Of a stretch of DNA of 61,921 nucleotides, positions 9,474-19,052 are shown piece by piece. Made by a program: the position numbers and the translations under genes. The DNA lies in contig NZ_MWQY01000010.1 of NCBI RefSeq assembly GCF_002087085.1, positions 124,001 through 185,921 on the forward strand. The letters run 5' to 3'. The notes under the pieces were generated by a model. The model was not told the origin of the DNA and did not search any database. It was given only the letters and a program-made list of their open reading frames with translations. Positions within the stretch are counted from its first letter, which is position 1. Each line of letters opens with the position of its first letter.

Positions 9474-10754
9474 CTAATGTATCTCCTGGTTCTCTCCTGC
9501 AGATCTGCCCCGGGACTCCCGATACCTGCCGGGGGTCACACCGGCTATCTTTTTAAACACCTTGGAGAAATAGGACTGATCCTCGTACCCGACCATTGCC
9601 GCCACATCGACGAGGGGAATGCTGGTATTGCGAAGAATATTCCTTGCTTTATCTATCCTGTACCTGTTCAGATAGTTGTTGAAACTCACCTTGAGTTCTT
9701 CCTTGAATACCTTGGAGAAGTAAGCAGGAGACAGGTAGACCTCCCTGGCAACGGCATCCAGGGTAATCTTTTCTGCAAAGTTCTGGTGAACGAACTGGAC
9801 CGCCCGGTAGATGGCATCGGCATGCTTCACCTCCCGCAGATCGAAGACGAAATCGGTAAAACGCAGCATGATTCGGGAGAGCCAGGCCGCCAGATCGTCA
9901 ACGGAACTGAAGGTGTGAATCTGTCTCAGGTATTTGAGGTTGAGCCCGAAAACCTGCTCAACCTCGGCCCCCCCTTCGACGGCAGCCCGGGAGAGCAGTA
10001 CCACCAGTTCCAGCACACGGGATTTGACAACTTCGAAATTCCTTCCTGCGGAAAAGAATACACTCCCCAGAATCTCGTTCAAGAGACGCTGGGAGCCCTT
10101 CTTGTCGCCCTGGGAAATCAGCCGGAGAAGCTCTCGTTCCTTCTCGAAGGGGTAGCTGTGAGTCTCCGCATCCTCCAGATCCTTGATATACTGAATGTAC
10201 TCACTGATCTTCGACTGCTGCTCCAGGGCCTCGGTGGACACCAGAAAACGGGAGTCCCCCTGAAAAGAGAGATGTTCCGCGGACACGGCTAGAAGCTCGC
10301 TCAAGGCGGTTACCCTGTCGGGAGAAACCTGTCTGACAGTTCTGAGCTCCCCAAGGATCTGTTCAAGACCCTCGCTGATTCCGTACTTGCGTGTCAGCTC
10401 ATCCAGGACTTCCTCCGGTTCAATCATTAAAACCGGCCCCCCCACAAGGACGCCCTGCATGATTCCGTCGATTACGATGGGAGAGGCCCAATGGACCAGG
10501 GAGACCGGGCAAAAATAGATGTACTTGCCACCGAAGCGTTCAGCCTGGTACCCGCCCCAGAGATGCACCTGCCGGCAGTTGAGCCTCTCCTTGAGAAGAG
10601 GCTGCAGGGCCGAACAGAACCTGCAGATATCTCCGGGATACAGGGTATCCCCGGTATTGTCGATTACCGAACACCCGCAGCCCGTGGCCTTGGCGTAAAC
10701 CCCGGCGAGCCGGCGGGCCTGTTCCCTGTTAAGTTCGTGTACAGCAGAATCCAT
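9474..10754 (-). CDS. AraC-family regulator with a PocR sensory domain
   Basis: N-terminal Cys pattern CRFC..C..H..YFCPVSL; C-terminal AraC HTH VGYEDQSYFSKVFKK. Confidence 0.9.
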   Translation of the reverse strand: MDSAVHELNREQARRLAGVYAKATGCGCSVIDNTGDTLYPGDICRFCSALQPLLKERLNCRQVHLWGGYQAERFGGKYIYFCPVSLVHWASPIVIDGIMQGVLVGGPVLMIEPEEVLDELTRKYGISEGLEQILGELRTVRQVSPDRVTALSELLAVSAEHLSFQGDSRFLVSTEALEQQSKISEYIQYIKDLEDAETHSYPFEKERELLRLISQGDKKGSQRLLNEILGSVFFSAGRNFEVVKSRVLELVVLLSRAAVEGGAEVEQVFGLNLKYLRQIHTFSSVDDLAAWLSRIMLRFTDFVFDLREVKHADAIYRAVQFVHQNFAEKITLDAVAREVYLSPAYFSKVFKEELKVSFNNYLNRYRIDKARNILRNTSIPLVDVAAMVGYEDQSYFSKVFKKIAGVTPGRYRESRGRSAGENQEIH

Positions 10755-10779
10755 GGTTACGGAAAACTATAGCAAGTTT

Positions 10780-12621
10780 TCAGTGTTGGGAAAAGAACAT
10801 CTGTTCCACGTACTTTTCCTGGAAACTCATACTCCCCGAAAGCTCCACGTAATCAACCTGCCCGGCGAGTTCCTGAACATGTTTGAAATCCCGGGCCGAG
10901 AGAAGCACCCGCAAGGCCCCGGCCCCGGCGGTATTGCCCGCCGGAACAATACGTTCGGTCAAAGCCCCGGGCAGAAGTCCTGTGGCCACGGCACTCTCTA
11001 TATCGATGAAGCTGCCGAAACCGCCGGCCAGGTGGACCCTGCTGATTTCCTCAGGGCCGATACCGTATTCCTCCAGAAGAACCTCAATCCCCGCCGCAAC
11101 GGCGGCCTTTGCCAGCTGTACCTCCCGTACATCCTTCGCGGTAAAGAGAAGATCATGCCCGTCCCTGCGGCGGGCGATAAAAAAGCCTTCCTCCCGTACG
11201 CGGGCACGCAGATCCTCCGGAACATCCCCGGGGAGCTCATCCGGCGGCAGCAGTCTGCCTGTCTCATCCACAAGCCCTGTCCGTACCAGAAGAGCCATAA
11301 GGTCGATAATACCGGAGCCGCAGATGCCAAGGGGCAGATCGTCCGCGATGGTGGTCCATTTCATTTCTTCCGCCGGGGAGAGAAATACTCTGTTGATCGC
11401 TCCGGGGATTCCCCCCAGTCCGCATGAGATGGTGGCGCCTTCAAAAGCCGGTCCGGCAGCGGTGGAACAGGCGACAATACGCCTCCGGTCACCCAGGACG
11501 ATTTCTCCGTTGGTACCGATATCGATGAGCATTGCGGGCTTATTCTGCTCCCGGATTCCCGTGGCCAGCATGCCGGCCACAATATCCGCCCCGATAAAAC
11601 CGGAAATTGAGGGCAGCAGAATCAGGGGTATCGTAAGGGGCAGTCGGGGCAGAAGTAGAGCACTGGACTCGATTCTCATCTCGGTGAAAGCCGGAATAAA
11701 AGGGGCTGCCGCTATAGTTCGGGGATCGATCCCGGCAAACAGGTGCATCATAACCGTATTCCCCGCAATGGAGACCCCCCGAAGATCCTCCCAGAGGATG
11801 TCAGCCTCCTCCACCAGTCGGTAAAGCATACGGGAGAGCTGACCGGCAATGGCCCTCTGCTGTGGCCCGGGTCCGGAATCGATTACCGCCTGTACCCTGG
11901 AGATGACATCTCCCCCCCAGGATTTCTGCAGATTCAGTCCCGATACGATCCCCCCGACCTTTCCGGACCCCAGATGAACCAGGTAGGCCACCACCGTGGT
12001 CGTTCCTATATCCACCGCGACACCATAACCTGGGCCGGCATCCCGGGGCAGTACTGCCCAGGGAAAACCGTCAAGAAGAGACAGGGTGAGACTGCTGCCT
12101 GTATCGCTGACCAATCCGGAAAGCCGGTTAAGCAGATGAAGGGGAAGCTTCACAGAACGATACTGTTCGTCCTGTTCGAGGGCTCTGGTCAGGGATTCAG
12201 ATACCCGCACCGTATTACTGCGCTGGTCATCGAGGGAGGGAGGAGCATACTCAATCCTGACAGCCTGAAAGGGAGGATCAACTGTGCCCTCATAGACGGC
12301 ATGATCGCTTACGATGGCTGCTCCGCTGGAGTTGAAGAGGGGGCTTACGACACAGTCTCCCTGCAGTGTAATCATGCAGGCAAGACGTTCCCCCTTTTCC
12401 AGAGTCAGGGAAGATAAAAAGCGCTTTTCCTGCGGTTCCGGGGCCGAAACCTCGCCGTCCACAAGGACCCTGCATTTTCCGCAGGTGCCTTTTCCGCCGC
12501 AGGGGGCATCAAAATCAAAATCATCGAAGCCCTGCAAGGCTTCAAGCAGGTTCGTTCCCCGGGGGACCTTCCGGACCTCTTCGATCCCCTCCCGGAGCAT
12601 GGTAAGCTGTACAGTCTTCAT
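10780..12621 (-). CDS. ATP-dependent corrinoid reductive activase (RACo/RamA-type ASKHA protein, DUF4445) with a 2Fe-2S domain
   Basis: CGGKGTCGKC..RLAC; DIGTTT, DIGTNGE, AGPAFEG, GICGSG, LAGGFG. Confidence 0.93.
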   Translation of the reverse strand: MKTVQLTMLREGIEEVRKVPRGTNLLEALQGFDDFDFDAPCGGKGTCGKCRVLVDGEVSAPEPQEKRFLSSLTLEKGERLACMITLQGDCVVSPLFNSSGAAIVSDHAVYEGTVDPPFQAVRIEYAPPSLDDQRSNTVRVSESLTRALEQDEQYRSVKLPLHLLNRLSGLVSDTGSSLTLSLLDGFPWAVLPRDAGPGYGVAVDIGTTTVVAYLVHLGSGKVGGIVSGLNLQKSWGGDVISRVQAVIDSGPGPQQRAIAGQLSRMLYRLVEEADILWEDLRGVSIAGNTVMMHLFAGIDPRTIAAAPFIPAFTEMRIESSALLLPRLPLTIPLILLPSISGFIGADIVAGMLATGIREQNKPAMLIDIGTNGEIVLGDRRRIVACSTAAGPAFEGATISCGLGGIPGAINRVFLSPAEEMKWTTIADDLPLGICGSGIIDLMALLVRTGLVDETGRLLPPDELPGDVPEDLRARVREEGFFIARRRDGHDLLFTAKDVREVQLAKAAVAAGIEVLLEEYGIGPEEISRVHLAGGFGSFIDIESAVATGLLPGALTERIVPAGNTAGAGALRVLLSARDFKHVQELAGQVDYVELSGSMSFQEKYVEQMFFSQH

Positions 12622-12760
12622 TAGTGAAAGAGATTATCATTTGTCAGACACATTTGCTTGTACTTTTTTTTGAAAGGTGCAAAAAAGGCGGGGAAATGCG
12701 GCTTGACAGGTCACCGTCTATTGCCTAGGGTGCATAGATACTTTTCACCCTGAAAGGCGG

Positions 12761-13528
12761 ATGATCTCGATGTTTGAATTCCTGCACTCCTTCAATCTTG
12801 ACGTCTGGCAGTGGCTGCTGGCGATAATCGCGGTTGCCGGTATCGGCGCAAACAAAACAGGAATTGTGGGCATCAATCTGCTCTCGGTTGCCATCCTGGC
12901 GGCCATCTTCGGAGGAAAAGCATCAACCGGGGTTCTTATGCCCTTTCTCATCATGGCCGATATATTCGCCATCAGCCATTACCGCAGATCGGTCCGCTGG
13001 AAACACCTGTTTACCATTCTATTCTGGGCCCTGCTTGGGGTCTCTGCGGCTCTGTATGTGGGAGAAATCATTGCGGACGAGTATTTCAGAATAATACTTG
13101 CAGCTGTTATTTTTACCCTCCTTGCAATGACGGTTCTGAGTGAAATGAGCGGGAAGCGTTTTCATCCGAAAAAACACTGGTATGTTACAATTTTCATCGG
13201 ACTTATCGGCGGGTTCACTTCCATGATCGGCAACGCCGCCGGACCTATTTTTACCCTCTATTTTGTCTCCTTACGGCACACGAAAAACGAATACATCGCC
13301 ACCAGGGCCTGGTTCTTTTTTATCATCAACCTGATAAAAATTCCCCTTCATCTTTTTGTCTGGGAAACCATTAACCCCACAACCCTCAGTTTCAATCTGG
13401 TTCTTGCTCCGGCGATTTTCCTTGGAGCGGTAGCAGGAATACTCATTGTCAGGAGAATTCCTGAACGGGGGTACAAGGTCTTCATTCTGACGGCCACCCT
13501 GGTATCCGCAATCATGCTGTTGTTTTAA
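12761..13528 (+). CDS. TauE/SafE (sulfite exporter) family membrane protein
   Basis: Hydrophobic protein with KTG and GGFTSMIGNAAGP. Confidence 0.8.
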   Translation: MISMFEFLHSFNLDVWQWLLAIIAVAGIGANKTGIVGINLLSVAILAAIFGGKASTGVLMPFLIMADIFAISHYRRSVRWKHLFTILFWALLGVSAALYVGEIIADEYFRIILAAVIFTLLAMTVLSEMSGKRFHPKKHWYVTIFIGLIGGFTSMIGNAAGPIFTLYFVSLRHTKNEYIATRAWFFFIINLIKIPLHLFVWETINPTTLSFNLVLAPAIFLGAVAGILIVRRIPERGYKVFILTATLVSAIMLLF

Positions 13529-13540
13529 GACGCACCGGGT

Positions 13541-14368
13541 TTACATCATCTTCATGTTCCCCTTGTGAAAAGCAAGATCCAGGACCATGACCATGGCGCC
13601 CTGCTTCTTTTCCATATCTCCGGTAATTCCCTCGATTCCTTCAAGGACTTCATTTATTTTATCCTCCGGAACCAGGGCCATGATGGTACGGCTGCGGTTT
13701 CTGTCGGCTTTCATAAAGCCGATAAAATCAGCGAAGAGAGGTATGTTGGAGATAAACTGCCCCATTCCGAAGGATTCGATGATGGTTGCTCCTTCAATAC
13801 CCTCCTCGATAAAGAATTCCAGCACATTGTAGAAAAAATCCTCCAGGTAGAGGTTGAGGATCAGAAGCTTCATCTTTTGCGCCTTCCCGCTCTGCTCCGC
13901 CGCTGCCGCACGGCTATGGCGGATAAAGGCCTCATACATTGCAGTCTCCGTGGGGGCCCTGAGAATCTCGTTTCGTATCGCCGGAATCCCCGCAATACGG
14001 GAAATCGCCGCCAGGATCTGCAGATGCTCGTTAACCGCAGACGAAGGTCCGAGGATTACAAAAATGAGCTTTACCTTCTTTTTGTCCAGGGAATCAAACT
14101 CAACCCCTTTTGGGGCCACGGCGAAAAAGACCAGAAACTCATCCATCTCATCCAGCCTGGCATGGGGAATGGCGATCTCCCCGCCGAAGGCGGTGGATCC
14201 CTGCTCTTCTCTTTTTTGCAGGGCCTCGAAAACATCGTCCTGGGAGAGGGTTTTCAGCTTCTCGCTCTTATGTGCAAGCTCAGCAAGCTTCCTGAGGACT
14301 TCCTCTTTCGTTCTGCCCTTCAGGCCGAGTTTACAGCATTTTTTCTCGGTGAGTTGATACAGTTCCAT
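13541..14368 (-). CDS. PTS EIIA (Ntr/Fru-type) domain fused to a C-terminal PII-like domain
   Basis: REEQGSTAFG..IAIPHAR phospho-His motif; C-terminal GATIIESFGMG..RTIMALVPE..GAMVMVLD with PII-like pattern. Confidence 0.75.
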   Translation of the reverse strand: MELYQLTEKKCCKLGLKGRTKEEVLRKLAELAHKSEKLKTLSQDDVFEALQKREEQGSTAFGGEIAIPHARLDEMDEFLVFFAVAPKGVEFDSLDKKKVKLIFVILGPSSAVNEHLQILAAISRIAGIPAIRNEILRAPTETAMYEAFIRHSRAAAAEQSGKAQKMKLLILNLYLEDFFYNVLEFFIEEGIEGATIIESFGMGQFISNIPLFADFIGFMKADRNRSRTIMALVPEDKINEVLEGIEGITGDMEKKQGAMVMVLDLAFHKGNMKMM

Positions 14369-15618
14369 CAGGCCTCCATTTCGTTGCCCCGGATCAGGGC
14401 ATATTTTGAGATCGGCGGGCCGATAAGCTCATTGATAAACACGGACAGCAGGATAATATTAACCATGGTGTCGATAATCACAATCTGCTCAGGAGGCAGG
14501 TAGGAAACCAGGGGAGATGCCTGAATCATGAGAACCAGCCCTATGGCGACTCCCGCCTGGGGCAGCATACAGAATCCCAGGTAGGTACGGATTGTTCCCC
14601 GGACCTTCCCCAGAAGGCTCCCGAAATATACGCCGGAGTACTTTCCCAGTGCCCGGAACAGGATATACCCCCCTCCCAGCAGTAGGATCTTCGTCTGTAT
14701 CAGGATTGCGGGCTGCAGCTCCGTTCCGGCTATCACGAAAAAGAGGGCATATATGGGCGGAGTCAGAGGTTCCAGAATACGAAAGATACGGTGATTCGAG
14801 GGGGAAAGGTTGATAATAACCGCCCCGGCGGCCATGTTCGTCATGAGAGGCGAGAGCTCAAAAATGACCGACACGGCGGTGGCAAGGAACACGAAACCCA
14901 GGCTTATTATCATGATCTCGTTGCTGCTCTTCTTCCGGGTAAAACGGTGAATAAGAAAACCCGCCACGGCCCCTGCCGCCAGAGAAAGCAGAACCTCCCC
15001 CAAAGCATGGATGATTACCAGGACTGCACCATGATCGGCTCCGGAGACACCAAGAAGCCCCGAAGCCATGGCAAAACTAAGACCGAAGAGTATGACCGCC
15101 CCCGCATCATCGAGGGCTACAACCCCGTACAGGTAATCGACGAAAAGTCCCGTCGCCCTCAGGGACTGCACAATCGCGACGGTCGCAGCAGGTGCGGTAG
15201 CCGAGGCTATGGCCCCCAGCATGAGGGCGTAGGGCAGGTCAAAGCCCAGGAGAGTCATGCCGAAAACCACGGCACCGAAGGAGGCAAGAAGCTGAACAAT
15301 GGTAATAATTACCACCTCTTTACCTACCCGCTTCAATTTTACCCAGTAAAACTCGCCGCCGATGGTCAGGGCAATAAGCCCCAGGGCCACTTCTGTAACA
15401 ATCTTGAGGTTTTCTCCCATGTGGTGGGGAACTATGCCGGTAACGGTCTCTCCCATAATCAGGCCTGCGACTATGAAGCCGGTGATTTCCGGCAAGCGAA
15501 ACAGGGAGGCGAGCTTTCCTGTAAAATATCCGATAACCAGGAGCATTCCCAGGGTAAACAGGGCATGGTTGCTCATTAAATCGCGGAATTCGACTAAAAA
15601 AGAGATCAGAGTTTGCAT
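14368..15618 (-). CDS. Cation:proton antiporter (CPA2 family)
   Basis: About 12 TM segments, ATAPAAT, ALDDA, PQAGVAIGL. Confidence 0.9.
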   Translation of the reverse strand: MQTLISFLVEFRDLMSNHALFTLGMLLVIGYFTGKLASLFRLPEITGFIVAGLIMGETVTGIVPHHMGENLKIVTEVALGLIALTIGGEFYWVKLKRVGKEVVIITIVQLLASFGAVVFGMTLLGFDLPYALMLGAIASATAPAATVAIVQSLRATGLFVDYLYGVVALDDAGAVILFGLSFAMASGLLGVSGADHGAVLVIIHALGEVLLSLAAGAVAGFLIHRFTRKKSSNEIMIISLGFVFLATAVSVIFELSPLMTNMAAGAVIINLSPSNHRIFRILEPLTPPIYALFFVIAGTELQPAILIQTKILLLGGGYILFRALGKYSGVYFGSLLGKVRGTIRTYLGFCMLPQAGVAIGLVLMIQASPLVSYLPPEQIVIIDTMVNIILLSVFINELIGPPISKYALIRGNEMEA

Positions 15619-15736
15619 TACAACCTCCCGCGTTCTATATATATACTATCGCCGGGAGGCTTCTTACGCAATGAAATTACAGTTGTAATATTGACAGCGC
15701 CTGTCTCCCTGCGCATAGTTTAAGAAGAGGTTTATT

Positions 15737-16105
15737 ATGGATAAAAGAAGGTTTTCCCGCACAGGTTTCCAGACATCCGGAGAAATCCTCCTGGGGGACA
15801 GACGCATTGAGGTATCGGTAATCGACCTCTCCCTGAAAGGTGCGCTCTTCTCCTCGGATGCCGATATCTCCGTCGGCAGCGCTGTTGAGCTTCTGATACA
15901 CCTCTCCAACTCAGAACTGAGCATAAACACCGAGGGAAAGATCGTACACCGGGAGGGCAGCAAGTACGGAATCCGCTTCTCCAGCATCGATGCGGAGAGT
16001 ATGATTCACCTGCGCAGCCTCATGGAATACAACACCGAAAATTATGACAAAATCGGCTCGGAACTGGCCTTTCTGTTCCACGAAGAGGATACCGAAGAGA
16101 ATTAA
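15737..16105 (+). CDS. Stand-alone PilZ-domain c-di-GMP receptor
   Basis: RRFSR (RxxxR) and DLSLKG (DxSxxG). Confidence 0.85.
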   Translation: MDKRRFSRTGFQTSGEILLGDRRIEVSVIDLSLKGALFSSDADISVGSAVELLIHLSNSELSINTEGKIVHREGSKYGIRFSSIDAESMIHLRSLMEYNTENYDKIGSELAFLFHEEDTEEN

Positions 16106-16815
16106 CGCCGATGGACCGCGGCGAATCCATCGGTACGGACCGTCTGCTCCGAGACACTTCCGCTGTATTTGACGGAACCGAATCCTGCAATCTTTCCGCT
16201 CAAACGCCCCCCCATCAGATGGAGTTCCACGTTGGATGCTCCCGCCAGGTTCAGATCAACATTCATGAAACTGCTGTCGGATAGATCGATGTTGGAAGCT
16301 CCCGCGGTCCTCAGACTCAGGTTGTTCGCCTCCAGCCCGATACCCCTTACGTTGGAGGCTCCGTCGAATACAAGCTCGAGCCCGTCGCCGCTGAAATCGC
16401 GAATTTCAGCGTCAGCTGCTCCCTCGACCATAAGCCGAGTCAAGGTATCGAGTTCCAGCTCAGCCCGGAAGGGCATGTTTTCTCCGGGTTTGAAATTCTT
16501 TCCAAGACTCAGCTGCAGTGTATCCCCCTCCCTGCTCGTCCTGAGCATATCCCGGGCTTCCACGGGCAGGTTCAATTCTCCCCGGTTTTCCGACCCCTGC
16601 TTGAGACGTATCTGCCAGCCTCCGGTAAAATGGAGGGAACGGATATCCGCTGTATCCAGCGGAACCGTAACCCGCTCACCGCTGTAATCGAGGCCTGGTC
16701 CGCTTACAATTTCAAGGTCCCTGCCGACATTAACCCGCAGCAGGAACAGGGAAACAATAATTACAAGCACCGCAAGGGCTATTCCTGCGGCCAGCAGCAG
16801 GCTGCTTTTTTTCAT
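16102..16815 (-). CDS. DUF2807/GIN-domain membrane-anchored protein
   Basis: N-terminal TM segment and repeated GASN beta-helix rungs. Confidence 0.7.
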   Translation of the reverse strand: MKKSSLLLAAGIALAVLVIIVSLFLLRVNVGRDLEIVSGPGLDYSGERVTVPLDTADIRSLHFTGGWQIRLKQGSENRGELNLPVEARDMLRTSREGDTLQLSLGKNFKPGENMPFRAELELDTLTRLMVEGAADAEIRDFSGDGLELVFDGASNVRGIGLEANNLSLRTAGASNIDLSDSSFMNVDLNLAGASNVELHLMGGRLSGKIAGFGSVKYSGSVSEQTVRTDGFAAVHRR

Positions 16816-16821
16816 TTACTT

Positions 16822-16954
16822 CTCCTCTTTCACGGTCGCCGTCGGGCAGAAGCCCTCCGACTCCGCTCTGCCTTCGTTCAGGACCGGCAGAGCCGCTCCT
16901 TCACTCTTTCACGGTCGCCGTCGGACTTTCGTCCTCAGACTCCGCTCTGCTTCG
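16822..16954. repeat. About 1.6 copies of a 79-bp REP-like unit, homologous to the 81-bp array at 53.0-53.4 kb
   Basis: Units begin ACGGTCGCCGTCGG at 16832 and 16911; share CTCCGCTCTGC and internal hairpins. Confidence 0.8.
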
Positions 16955-17324
16955 GTCTGGTATGTTCTTCCTTGTACTTATCGTAGTACTCCCGGACCTC
17001 GCGGAAATCGATGTCCAGCACCTCCATGGAATGAAAGACATCCGGAAGGGTGTGGCGAAGAAAGTTCTCCTTCCGGGAGGCCAGCACCCTGTTCCGGGCC
17101 CCGATGCTGACGAAATATCCCAGGCCCCGCTGGTTATGGATTATCTGCTCATCCTGAAGCTGTCCGTAGCTTCTGAGCACGGTATTTGGATTGACCTCCA
17201 TTGCGGCGGCCATGTCCCTCACCGAGGGGATCCTCTCTCCCTCCGGGTACTTTCCGTTCAGGATCATGTCTCCCATATAGTCCCTGATCTGCATAAAGAT
17301 GCTTCGGGATTCATCAAAGCGCAT
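16935..17324 (-). CDS. GntR-family regulator, YtrA subfamily
   Basis: IPSVRDMA..VNPNTVLRSY..RGLGYFV; short C-terminal domain. Confidence 0.92.
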   Translation of the reverse strand: MRFDESRSIFMQIRDYMGDMILNGKYPEGERIPSVRDMAAAMEVNPNTVLRSYGQLQDEQIIHNQRGLGYFVSIGARNRVLASRKENFLRHTLPDVFHSMEVLDIDFREVREYYDKYKEEHTRPKQSGV

Positions 17325-18096
17325 TCTTTACTTCCGCCTCCCGGACCCTCAGGTATGTAATCAGCCAGCAGAAGGGCGCCGTGAGCCAGAGATAGAGGGT
17401 CTTCACTATCCTCAGAATCAGCTCTCCCGTCTCGAGGGTGTTTCCAAAAAAACGGTCTCCCACATGAATGCTCATATCAAAGGAGAAAGCCTCGTGAAAG
17501 TAGGAGCCAAAGATAATTCTGGCGGCGATAAGAGAGAAAAGCCCCAGGCTTATTCCAAGGAGACTCAGAAATAGTACGGACTTGAGAAACTGATGACGGC
17601 GAAACCAGGCGCCTCCTGCGAAAAACAGGGACTGCAGAATAATATAGTGATGAACCGCGCGCAGCAGAACCGGTGACAGAGGATTGAAGAAGGCTCTGAA
17701 CTCCCCGATGACAAGGAAGCGCAGGATTTCACCGACCAGAACACCCACAAAGAAAACAAGGTTGATGTACAGCCACCAGCCCGCAGAAGCGGCAAGAAGA
17801 CGGGAAAAGAACTTCTCTTCCGTGGATGCCGGAAGCATCAGCCAGTCGTGGCAGGTATCCCGGGAATGCATGTTCCTGAAGGTTCCTGCGGCCGTCAGAG
17901 CGCCACCGGCGAAAAGAAACATGAGAAAAAGAGTGTTCATATACTCGGTTCCGCCGCCCCGGAATCCCGTCAGAAGAAGAAGGACCGCCACCGAACCGGC
18001 AATTGCCAGGGCGCTGAAAACAAGGGAGTGCAGGCGCATGAACTCTTCCCGCTTTGTCAGAAGCAGAAAACGTCTGATATTGAAATACTCATTCAT
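17314..18096 (-). CDS. ABC-2 type membrane permease
   Basis: Six hydrophobic segments, LMLPASTEEKF motif; in an operon with an ABC ATPase. Confidence 0.75.
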   Translation of the reverse strand: MNEYFNIRRFLLLTKREEFMRLHSLVFSALAIAGSVAVLLLLTGFRGGGTEYMNTLFLMFLFAGGALTAAGTFRNMHSRDTCHDWLMLPASTEEKFFSRLLAASAGWWLYINLVFFVGVLVGEILRFLVIGEFRAFFNPLSPVLLRAVHHYIILQSLFFAGGAWFRRHQFLKSVLFLSLLGISLGLFSLIAARIIFGSYFHEAFSFDMSIHVGDRFFGNTLETGELILRIVKTLYLWLTAPFCWLITYLRVREAEVKNAL

Positions 18097-18947
18097 ACCC
18101 TGTCCTCCTCTCTTCCGGGCTGCATGATTGCTGCAACATCTTCACCGCGTTCAATTACCATATTGAAAAAGACCTCCAGATCCACATGGGAGTCATACCC
18201 TTCATGATTCCTGCGCACCACCGAGTATCCTCCCGGGACCCTTTCGAAATAGAAAGCCTCCTGCGGCAGAGGTTCGGTTGTTTCCAGACTCATGTGGAAT
18301 TTTCCTGCGATGGAATCGATGGCCCCTGAGAAAAGGATATGTCCGGAATCGAGAATAATCACCGGATCGATCAGGTTCTCCATGTCCCGGACCTGGTGGG
18401 TGGAAATCAGTATTGTCTGGTCCTCCCCCAGGGATGATGCCGCCAGGCGACGGAACTGCCGTTTGGAGGGGATATCGAGACCGTTGGTCGGTTCATCCAG
18501 AATAAGAAGGCGTACCCCGGAGGCAAGACCGAAGGCCAGCAGGAACTTCTTTTTCTGTCCCAGGGAAACCTGCGAGAGGGCCCACGCCGGATCGACCTGA
18601 AACCCCTCACATAGATCGAAAAAGCGTTCCCTGTCAAAGCGCGGATAGAACGGTGAGTTCAGCGCCACGTACCGTGTTCCGGTCAGCCGGGGTACCGGAA
18701 ATTCCTCCGGGAGGAAGTAGATGTCCCGGAGCATTCCGGGCTGCCGCAGGCGGGGATCGAATCCAAGGACATCCAGGCGCCCCCCTGACGGGAAAAGCTG
18801 GCCGGAAATCAGGCGCAGCAGGGAAGTTTTTCCCGCCCCGTTTTTACCCAGAAGGCCGTAGATCATCCCCGGTTCCAGCTCCAGATCCAGGTTGCGGAAG
18901 AGGCCTTCCCCGGAGTACCCGAAGGAGAGCTTTTCTATTGTAAGCAT
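18093..18947 (-). CDS. ABC transporter ATP-binding protein (YtrB-like)
   Basis: GKNGAGKT, SLGQ, LDEPT; AAGGAG RBS before ATG 18947. Confidence 0.92.
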   Translation of the reverse strand: MLTIEKLSFGYSGEGLFRNLDLELEPGMIYGLLGKNGAGKTSLLRLISGQLFPSGGRLDVLGFDPRLRQPGMLRDIYFLPEEFPVPRLTGTRYVALNSPFYPRFDRERFFDLCEGFQVDPAWALSQVSLGQKKKFLLAFGLASGVRLLILDEPTNGLDIPSKRQFRRLAASSLGEDQTILISTHQVRDMENLIDPVIILDSGHILFSGAIDSIAGKFHMSLETTEPLPQEAFYFERVPGGYSVVRRNHEGYDSHVDLEVFFNMVIERGEDVAAIMQPGREEDRV

Positions 18948-18972
18948 CGGCAGATTCTCCTTAGTCAATTAG

Positions 18973-18992
18973 TGTACTACTTTACTATAACA
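18973..18992. promoter_or_regulatory. Probable YtrA-type operator
   Basis: Imperfect palindrome TGTACTACTTTACTATAACA just upstream of the operon. Confidence 0.55.
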
Positions 18993-19052
18993 GTATAACG
19001 CACATACGCTGCTTAATCAAGGGAAATTTTGTTTATGCGGAAAAAGCTGTTA

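Noticed and set aside
8537..12760. Cobalamin riboswitch near the corrinoid genes
   Set aside because: No B12-box or the other conserved cobalamin riboswitch elements were seen in the intergenic regions.
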